Shown here in pieces: positions 17,702-24,954 of a DNA stretch of 64,000 nt. The notes beneath the pieces were generated by a model. It searched no databases. It had not been told where the DNA came from and saw only the letters and a program-made list of their open reading frames with translations. The position numbers were made by a program, and so were the translations under genes. The stretch is from assembly GCA_016215315.1 (NCBI GenBank), contig JACRKG010000011.1, positions 537 to 64,536 of the forward strand. The letters run 5' to 3'. Within the stretch, counting starts at the first letter, position 1, and every line of letters begins with the position of its first letter. This DNA comes from Candidatus Woesearchaeota archaeon. Lineage in GTDB: Archaea > Nanobdellota > Nanobdellia > Woesearchaeales > ARS49.

Positions 17702-18516
17702 TTTTGTTCTTTTGCTAATACAAAACACTCTTGTCCTAAGTCTTGTCTATCTCTTACAAATATTATGTTGTATTCTTTTTCTGCAAATACTTCTTTATCC
17801 CCGTCATGGCCAATCAACGTTTTTTCATTTAAGTATCCAAAGTCTGCAAAGTCGTTCACTTTTTTAAAAGGTCCATATTTATTTTTGTACAGACTTGTTA
17901 TTTTGAAAAATTTTTGATCTTTTGTTTCTTTAACTTTACCTTTTAGCAACTCTGCTTTTTTTAAAAAATTCAAAATTGCTGTTTCTGCTCTTTCTTGACC
18001 TTTAGGATCATTAACATACCCGCACTCAACACACAAACCTATTTTTCCTAAGTTATTCATGTAAGCATCAGTTGCTCCTTCCTCAAATTCATCCCAGTTA
18101 AAACTTACAATTTTAACGGGCATAACTTTTGCAAACTTCCAAGTAATTTCTTCACCAATCACAAAAGGAACTGAATCAACACTATTGCTCGCATGAATGT
18201 CTAATAGAATATCTGCGCTGTCAAGTATTTTCATTATTTGAACTGCAGTTTTCCCTTCTAAAGTATTTTTAACTTCATCAGGCTGTTTTTTTAGAAAGCA
18301 CCTATTAAGATTACATTCTACAAAACGCTTTTTCTGTTTTATCGCTTCAAGATTTGCATAAATAAAAATTGCTTTACCTTTATCTAGTTTAAGTTCTGGC
18401 AATAATTTCTCAAAAGCATTAATTCCGCAAATTTCATTGCCATGAACTCCTGCCATAATTACTACAGTTCTGCCAGTTTCTTTACCTGTTTTTTCCACTA
18501 TCCGGAAATTTTCCAT
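17698..18516 (-). CDS. succinylglutamate desuccinylase/aspartoacylase (AstE/AspA) family zinc hydrolase
   Basis: VVIMAGVHGNEICG zinc-binding motif and downstream HAS/E motifs of the M14-like AstE_AspA family. Confidence 0.7.
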   Translation of the reverse strand: MENFRIVEKTGKETGRTVVIMAGVHGNEICGINAFEKLLPELKLDKGKAIFIYANLEAIKQKKRFVECNLNRCFLKKQPDEVKNTLEGKTAVQIMKILDSADILLDIHASNSVDSVPFVIGEEITWKFAKVMPVKIVSFNWDEFEEGATDAYMNNLGKIGLCVECGYVNDPKGQERAETAILNFLKKAELLKGKVKETKDQKFFKITSLYKNKYGPFKKVNDFADFGYLNEKTLIGHDGDKEVFAEKEYNIIFVRDRQDLGQECFVLAKEQN

Positions 18517-18558
18517 TATTATCAAGAATCAGGTTAAGGACTATAAAGTTTTCCATTT

Positions 18559-18589
18559 AAGAGTTTCTTCAGCGCCCTAAAGAAACTCT
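18559..18589. promoter_or_regulatory. perfect 11-bp stem hairpin (AAGAGTTTCTT-N9-AAGAAACTCTT) in the divergent promoter region upstream of gltX
   Basis: Read directly. GC-rich loop CAGCGCCCT. Confidence 0.4.
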
Positions 18590-18630
18590 TTCACAACAAA
18601 ATTTAAAAATGAGTCAATTTTAACAAGATC

Positions 18631-20313
18631 ATGAAAGATTTAATCAGAAATTACGCATTACAGAACGCAGTAAAACATGAAGGTGTGGCTCAAGTTGGTA
18701 GTGTTATAGGACATCTTATTCAAGCCGATCCTTCGGTTAAAAGTAAACTCAAAGAGTTATCTGCAGAAATTAATAAAATAGTTACCGAAGTCAACAAGTT
18801 AAGTGTTGAAGAACAAAGAAAAGAATTAGAAAAATCTGCTCCCGAATTACTTGAGGAGAAGCCTAAGGAAACCAGAACAGGTCTAAAAGACTTACCTAAT
18901 GTTAAAGGAAATGTTGTTTTACGTTTCGCACCATCACCTTCAGGACCATTACACGTAGGTCATGCAATGGTATTAGGATTGAATTATTTGTACGCTAAAA
19001 AGTACAAGGGGAAATTATTTTTAAGAATTGAAGATACCAATTCAAAAAATATCGATAAGGATGCTTATGAATTAATACCAAGAGATTGTAATTGGTTAAC
19101 AAAAAACGGTGTTAATGAAGTTATTGTTCAATCAACAAGACTAAAAATTTATTACGATTACTGCGAAAGACTAATTGCTACAGGCAAAGCATATGTTTGC
19201 CAGTGCAGTTCTGAAAAATTTCATGACTTAAGTTTAGAAAAAAAAGCATGCCCTTGCCGCGAAGTACCTAAACAAAAACAATTAGTTTTATGGCAAAGAA
19301 TGTTCAGTGATTTGAAACCTGGCGATGCTGTTGTAAGAATAAAAACAGATCTTAACCATCCAAATCCTGCAATGCGTGACTGGCCTGCAATGAGAATAAA
19401 TGACAGTCCTCATCCAAAAGAAAAAGCTCGCGTATGGCCATTAATGAATTTTTCAGTAGCAATTGATGATCATGAAATGAAAGTCACTCACACCATAAGA
19501 GGAAAAGATCATGCAGACAACGCAAAAAGACAAAAATATTTATTAGATTATTTCCAGTGGGAAGAACCAACTCACTCATTTATTGGAAGAATAAACTTTG
19601 AAGGAATGGACTTAAGCACAACACAAACAAGAAAAAAAATAGAAGCAGGAGAATATGAAGGCTGGGAAGACATAAGACTGCCTTTTTTGGGCGCATTAAG
19701 AAGAAGAGGCTATCAGCCCGAAGCATTCCAAAGATTTGTGGAAGATATGGGAATTTCATTAAGCGACAAAACAGTAACAAGAGAAGATTTCTTTAAAGCA
19801 ATAAATCATCACAACAAAGAAATACTCGACCCAGCAAGTAATCGATACTTTTTCGTAAAAGAACCAGTAGAAATAACCGTAGAAAAAGCACCCGAACAAA
19901 CAGCAGAACTAGATTTGCATCCAGGTATGAAGGAAAAAGGCAAAAGAATATTCAAAACAAAAGACAAATTTTACATCACAAAAGAAGATCATGCAGAACT
20001 AAAAGCAAAAAAATTATACCGACTAATGGACTGCTTAAATTTTACAAAAAAAGGAAAAAAATTCGCATTTGACAGTTTAGAATATGAAAACTATAAAGAT
20101 AAAGGAGATAAAATAATCCATTGGCTGCCAGTAAGCGATGACTTAGTTAAAGTTGAAGTAAGATTGCCAGACAACACAAAAGTTTCAGGACTTGGAGAAA
20201 AAGATTTATCAAAACTCAAAGAAGGAGACATAGTACAATTAGAAAGATTTGGTTTCTGCAGACTTGATAAAAAAGAAAAAGATAAATTAGAATTCTGGTA
20301 CGGACACAACTAA
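18631..20313 (+). CDS. gltX: glutamyl-tRNA synthetase, archaeal type
   Basis: HIGH motif (PSGPLHVGHA), archaeal/eukaryal GluRS architecture, 560 aa. Confidence 0.9.
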   Translation: MKDLIRNYALQNAVKHEGVAQVGSVIGHLIQADPSVKSKLKELSAEINKIVTEVNKLSVEEQRKELEKSAPELLEEKPKETRTGLKDLPNVKGNVVLRFAPSPSGPLHVGHAMVLGLNYLYAKKYKGKLFLRIEDTNSKNIDKDAYELIPRDCNWLTKNGVNEVIVQSTRLKIYYDYCERLIATGKAYVCQCSSEKFHDLSLEKKACPCREVPKQKQLVLWQRMFSDLKPGDAVVRIKTDLNHPNPAMRDWPAMRINDSPHPKEKARVWPLMNFSVAIDDHEMKVTHTIRGKDHADNAKRQKYLLDYFQWEEPTHSFIGRINFEGMDLSTTQTRKKIEAGEYEGWEDIRLPFLGALRRRGYQPEAFQRFVEDMGISLSDKTVTREDFFKAINHHNKEILDPASNRYFFVKEPVEITVEKAPEQTAELDLHPGMKEKGKRIFKTKDKFYITKEDHAELKAKKLYRLMDCLNFTKKGKKFAFDSLEYENYKDKGDKIIHWLPVSDDLVKVEVRLPDNTKVSGLGEKDLSKLKEGDIVQLERFGFCRLDKKEKDKLEFWYGHN

Positions 20314-20871
20314 TCATTCCATGTACGGCCTGTAAGTATTCTCTCCAGCTTCAGGATCTCTTTGTAAAATTATTAGTTCTGCATCATGAATGTCTAATGT
20401 TACTTGAGTAAATTTACCCCAAATGTCAATTGTACAGGATGAAAAATTATTAGAATGAATAATGCCCTGACTGTTAAACGAATATTGAGCTCTCAACCCT
20501 ACAATCAGTTTAGTTTTATCCTCGCCAGATTGACTGCCAAAAGGAAAAAATAATCCAAATCGTTCATCACCCAAAGAATCGGTTTTTCTTCTAACAACAT
20601 ATTCGCTCACTATTTTTCTTGAATTATTGTCTGAATCAGTAACAGGAAGAAATTCTCCTTCATCAGATAACTCAAAATCGTATTCAGCATCTGAAGACCT
20701 TAAGTAAGGAGGAAGATTCTTTTGTTCTCCAGCCAAATAAATTGTTCTTTCTTCATCGCTCAATCCTAATTGATGAACCAAACCATACTTGTCAAGTTTT
20801 TTCTGAATTCCTTCACAAGAACCATCAGATTCAATCCATTTGCCTATGAAGATTATTTGTTCTAGAGCCAT
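20314..20871 (-). CDS. hypothetical protein (185 aa), co-oriented immediately downstream of the AAA+ ATPase
   Basis: Clear ORF, acidic. No motif. Confidence 0.45.
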   Translation of the reverse strand: MALEQIIFIGKWIESDGSCEGIQKKLDKYGLVHQLGLSDEERTIYLAGEQKNLPPYLRSSDAEYDFELSDEGEFLPVTDSDNNSRKIVSEYVVRRKTDSLGDERFGLFFPFGSQSGEDKTKLIVGLRAQYSFNSQGIIHSNNFSSCTIDIWGKFTQVTLDIHDAELIILQRDPEAGENTYRPYME

Positions 20872-20904
20872 AAAAAATAAGAAAATAAAATAAGCTTATA
20901 AAAA

Positions 20905-22719
20905 CTATTGTTGATTATCTCTTTCAAAATCCACAGTTGCGTCAAATCTTTTAAGAAGATTATTTGGAACTGCAAGACCGCTGTAGCTTGAAGCAATTTC
21001 AAAAAGTTTTACTGCTCTTCTATTAGCTGCTTTCCTGGCTGCTTTTTCCGGGTCTTCTTCTTCAGTTTTTTCTTCCGCGGGTGCTTCTTCGACAGGCAGA
21101 TCTAATGTTTTTACGTAATTTTCTACATTTCTCGGGTTTGGTTTTTGTATGTTTCTTCCAGATAAGTAATCTTGAAGTCCAGAATACATTTTATCTTCAT
21201 CAAATGTTTTAACACCTGATTTGTTCAAGTAGTGTTTTAAAACTTCTCTTTGATCACTTTCTTCGGTTAAGTATCCGAATTTAACTATTAATCCGAATCT
21301 ATCTTCTAGTGCTCTGCCTGCTTCATCATCATCTTCTTCATCAGATTTAAAGCCCATTTTTAGAGCTCCTTCATGATTTGATATTACATACATTTTTGCA
21401 TTTGATGGTAAGCCGCTAAAAGATCCTTCCATCATTGTTTTAAGTCCAGTATACAAGTCTTCATCTTCTCCTAGCTTAAATTCATCAATTAATATAATAA
21501 ATTTGTTATCAACCATTTGTTCTATTTGATTGAAAACTGCAGGTAATGCAGGAGCCATTCTTTTATCTACTTCAAGAATTCTCAATCCTTCTTTTGAGTA
21601 TTTTGTTAATAATGCATTTACCATTGAAGACTTTCCAGTTCCTGGAGGTCCCTTAATGAAAACGTTATTTGCTTCTTTTCCTTTAAGTAATTTTTCAGTA
21701 TTTGCCACTAATTCTTTTTTCTGTGATTCGTATCCAACTAAGTCAGAAAGTTTTACTGCTTTTCTTTTAGTTGTTGGAACTAACATTGGTCCAAACATAG
21801 GATGCATTCCTATAGTGTACGTTTCAGAATCTTGTAATTTTCTTGTTTCTTGGTAATAATTGGCAATTATTTCTCCAACATTACTCCAATCCTTTTCTTG
21901 AGAAATTAATCTTTTAAGTCCGCCCCTCTCCTCTCTTGCTTTTCTTATTCTTTCTTCAGTTGGATTTTTTGAATTTCTTTTTGCAGGTTTAAAATCTCCA
22001 AAAGAAGGTAATTTTCTAGTAAAAGGAACAGCCAATTTATAATCATCAGGAAATAAATTTCTTAATTCTTGAAGTAATCCAAAATACTCAGTCATCACTC
22101 CTTCAAAATCAAATTCATAAACTCTTTTCATATTAACTGCGTAATCTCTGAATTCTTCTTTAACACTATCGCCTATTTGATCAAAATCTTGTTCACGACA
22201 TTTTCTAATAAATGCACCATCTCTTTCAAGCATTAATTCTAATAAATAATCTTGGAATGGAGTACCAACAACATTAGTAGCACCAGTTTCATAAGTGCTC
22301 GATATTCTTGTAAATAATTGTTTGTACGCATCAAAAGAATCTCGCAATGGTTCAATCAATCTAGCTAAGAAATCTGAAAGCTTAGAATTATTTCCTTTTC
22401 CTAAAATGTCGGATAAATTTTCGAGTTCTGACTGCATCAAAGTTAAGTATTTCTGAAGTTCAGTATCAAAACTTTCGCGTCTCATATTTATCGACTCAAT
22501 TAAAGCAAATCTACCGCCCCCATTCATTTGCTCAGGAGGATTATATACATAATTATCCACTAAACATCTTTGTAAGAAAACTTGTTCTTTTAATTTATCT
22601 GCTCTTTTTTTGAAAGATCTCAATCTGAATCTATTCACAGGATTCAACACTAAATCCTTTAAAGATCCGCCTCCCAATATTCTGTCTAATGCCATTTTAG
22701 TAGTATTAATAGGTACCAA
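20905..22719 (-). CDS. AAA+ ATPase with about 300-aa N-terminal domain of unknown function (DUF815-like core)
   Basis: Walker A IKGPPGTGKSSMVNAL, Walker B FIILIDEF. C-terminus Glu/Lys-rich. Confidence 0.7.
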   Translation of the reverse strand: MVPINTTKMALDRILGGGSLKDLVLNPVNRFRLRSFKKRADKLKEQVFLQRCLVDNYVYNPPEQMNGGGRFALIESINMRRESFDTELQKYLTLMQSELENLSDILGKGNNSKLSDFLARLIEPLRDSFDAYKQLFTRISSTYETGATNVVGTPFQDYLLELMLERDGAFIRKCREQDFDQIGDSVKEEFRDYAVNMKRVYEFDFEGVMTEYFGLLQELRNLFPDDYKLAVPFTRKLPSFGDFKPAKRNSKNPTEERIRKAREERGGLKRLISQEKDWSNVGEIIANYYQETRKLQDSETYTIGMHPMFGPMLVPTTKRKAVKLSDLVGYESQKKELVANTEKLLKGKEANNVFIKGPPGTGKSSMVNALLTKYSKEGLRILEVDKRMAPALPAVFNQIEQMVDNKFIILIDEFKLGEDEDLYTGLKTMMEGSFSGLPSNAKMYVISNHEGALKMGFKSDEEDDDEAGRALEDRFGLIVKFGYLTEESDQREVLKHYLNKSGVKTFDEDKMYSGLQDYLSGRNIQKPNPRNVENYVKTLDLPVEEAPAEEKTEEEDPEKAARKAANRRAVKLFEIASSYSGLAVPNNLLKRFDATVDFERDNQQ

Positions 22720-22800
22720 TATATAAATGTTTCGTTTTTTAACTACCTCTTAGTGGTGAATTAAGAAAACATTATAAAGCGCGGATTGTTCACAAATGAA

Positions 22801-23345
22801 ATGAACCAAAAAAATAGCAAACTCTTGAGATTTGGCGGAATCGCTTTAGTTTTGGGTGTTGGTTTGTATGCTGGATTATCACTAAAACTAGAGAAACAGT
22901 ACTTTATGCTAAAGCTCTACAAAGCATAGAAGATGCTTTTCAAGATCTTTTTGATTTTGAAGTAAACTTAACCAACTACAAAAGATATAATCCGCAAAAC
23001 AAAATCAAGTATACTTTCTTAGCACAAGCAAAAGAAAACCTTTCAAATATTGGACAAAAAATCAATTTATTACAGCAAGAAACAATAAACAGCGGTTTAA
23101 GTGCTAATAGATTAGAGCAATCGTTATACCATATCAAAGTTGCTCAGCAACAATTAATGCACGACTACATATTTGAACTAGATAACGTATTTACCTCAGA
23201 AGGAATTGCAGATATTAATTTTGATGCTGAAAAGTTTGAAATAAATAATAATGAACACGCAAAATCACTGCAAAGAGAATTCAAGTCAATTTCAGATTAT
23301 TTAGGTAATCAATCAAGTACAGTTCGTTTAATAGAAAACAAGTAA
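22801..23345 (+). pseudogene. frameshifted gene: N-terminal membrane anchor (22801..22929) and a 176-codon ATG-less open frame (22818..23345) in a different phase
   Basis: The second frame is open for 176 codons in stop-rich AT DNA, with no ATG/GTG/TTG before codon 113. The first frame encodes MNQKNSKLLRFGGIALVLGVGLYAGLSL. The frames overlap 22818..22929. Confidence 0.4.
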
Positions 23346-23434
23346 AGAAAGATTCTATCAATTACCTGATTTGTGTTTCACCAACGCCACAATCTTTATA
23401 AAAACCAATTTTCTTGTTCTATAAAGGTGATATT

Positions 23435-23599
23435 ATGAGTTTAGTAATTAGAACAAAGCTTAAAGAAGTAGCTCAAGGATTTAATATTTCCAGTGATTTT
23501 GCTGACACATTAGATAAGAAAGCAGAAGAATTAGTTAAGTCTGCTTGTGAAAGAGCTAAAGCAAACGGAAGAAAAACAGTAATGTCCAAGGATTTGTAA
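23435..23599 (+). CDS. archaeal histone-fold protein, C-terminally truncated (54 aa; alpha1-L1-alpha2-L2 only)
   Basis: Aligns to HMfB: DTLDKKAEELVKSACERAKANGRKTVMSKDL vs ARITLAKILEEMGRDIASEAIKLARHAGRKTIKAEDI. Stops where alpha3 should begin. The stop lies at the junction with an intergenic repeat copy. Confidence 0.5.
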   Translation: MSLVIRTKLKEVAQGFNISSDFADTLDKKAEELVKSACERAKANGRKTVMSKDL

Positions 23600-23601
23600 A
23601 A

Positions 23602-23633
23602 GGGTTTGAAGTTCACAGTTTATAGTTTGTAGG
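23602..23633. repeat. intergenic repeat-family copy (GGGTTTGAAGTTCACAGTTTATAGTTTGTAGG)
   Basis: Same family as 28381, 36512, 11289, 49061. Confidence 0.6.
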
Positions 23634-23639
23634 ACCTGA

Positions 23640-23800
23640 AGCGGTCGGAACATTAACGCCGCTGCGCGGAAATTGATAACTGCTAAATTATTCGCGTGCA
23701 CTCGCAGAATTTTTTTATTTCTTCTGGATTCATGATGCTGCCGCCACCCACAGTAAAGAACTATGCAAGCACACAATTCTCGGCGGCCTGAGCTCAGAAA
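23640..23800. other. GC-rich structured island in intergenic DNA: candidate small ncRNA (possible C/D-box-like element 23731..23795)
   Basis: Local GC about 50% vs about 30% background. Complementary segments: GCGG/CCGC, GCTGCCGCC/GGCGGC. ATGATGC ... CTGAGC about 60 nt apart. Confidence 0.25.
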
Positions 23801-23855
23801 ATTTAAGTTAATCAAGAAAACAAGCAACATCCAGATAATTTTAGGTACAAATAAC

Positions 23856-24194
23856 TCATTTTTTGAACAATCTCTTTTTTGGTTTCATTGAAGGAATATT
23901 TATTTCTGGACCTTTTAAGTCTTCAAACATTTCTTCATGCTCTTCTTCTTTAGGTGAGCCATTTGTTGGACCTGCATCACGTAAATCCCTAACCATTTCT
24001 GAAAGGGCAACCACTCCATCAGCTATTTGAGAATTTTGTTCGAGAACTTCATTCATTTTTTCAGCCAAAGCACCAGTAGAAGAATCACCCGATCTTTCTA
24101 AAACTTTATCGAACCGCTCAATAGCTTTCTCAAACAAATCTAGCACTTTGTCTAGCTTTTCATGTAGTTCTTCTATTGATTCTTCAACACCCAT
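23856..24194 (-). CDS. hypothetical coiled-coil protein
   Basis: Heptad-rich, acidic. No motif. Confidence 0.45.
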   Translation of the reverse strand: MGVEESIEELHEKLDKVLDLFEKAIERFDKVLERSGDSSTGALAEKMNEVLEQNSQIADGVVALSEMVRDLRDAGPTNGSPKEEEHEEMFEDLKGPEINIPSMKPKKRLFKK

Positions 24195-24339
24195 AATATC
24201 TCCTCTTTTAGTAATATATTGGAAGCGTTATTTATAAATATTACTGTAAGTATTGATAAAAACTTTATTTGAGCAATCAACAGATATCAAAGGGGATCAA
24301 AATTTACGGTGTTTGAGGTCATTAAGTACTAAATATTTG

Positions 24340-24954
24340 TTAATTTTTTCCACCGTAAACTAGTATTAGCCCAACAATTGACAGAACAACACTAAATCCA
24401 ATTATGTGCAAGAAAAAGTATTGAAAGAACATTTGATTAAAAACTTGCACCATTACATAATTACCTGGAAACTGCCATTGATCAAATGCAAGCATTTCAT
24501 GAAATTTTGTGAACAAAAAATTAAAAGGCAGAATTGCTAATAACAAAATCATAACTAAATTAAGAATACTTCCATAAAAAATGATTACTCGATTTATCCT
24601 AAAAGTATAAACGAGTACCAAAATCAAAAACAAAACATTTAGCATAAACATTTTATCTCTTACCTCAAACATATGACTTACTTCTTCTTGCTGAAAGCCT
24701 TGAATGAAGTTAGTTTTGTACGTTAAGTAATCAAGTGTTTTTTGCCCATATTCTTGAGCTTGAGGATGAGCGTTGCTAAGTTCAAACAATAAATTATAAA
24801 ATTGAGCATTAAACGTCAAAAGAAACGCACTCAACAATAAAAGAAATAATGGAAAAACGATAATCAAAAATAAATCCTTCGTGCTTGCAAACTTTCGCCC
24901 CAAAACCATAAACCACAAACTACCAACATTTTTCTTACTTAATCTTTGCGCCAT
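24340..24954 (-). CDS. hypothetical integral membrane protein (5-6 TM)
   Basis: Hydrophobic helices. 20-nt overlap with metG stop. Confidence 0.5.
   Translation of the reverse strand: MAQRLSKKNVGSLWFMVLGRKFASTKDLFLIIVFPLFLLLLSAFLLTFNAQFYNLLFELSNAHPQAQEYGQKTLDYLTYKTNFIQGFQQEEVSHMFEVRDKMFMLNVLFLILVLVYTFRINRVIIFYGSILNLVMILLLAILPFNFLFTKFHEMLAFDQWQFPGNYVMVQVFNQMFFQYFFLHIIGFSVVLSIVGLILVYGGKN

Noticed and set aside
23640-23800. tRNA or rRNA fragment in the GC-rich island
   Set aside because: No GTTCRANYC T-loop, no cloverleaf with 7-bp acceptor, and no rRNA-like conserved blocks.
23531-23830. 99-aa minus-strand ORF in the GC-rich intergenic island
   Set aside because: Lies in a region better explained as structured non-coding DNA/RNA. 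Cys/Arg-rich translation typical of out-of-frame GC-rich sequence. Overlaps the histone gene end and the repeat copy.
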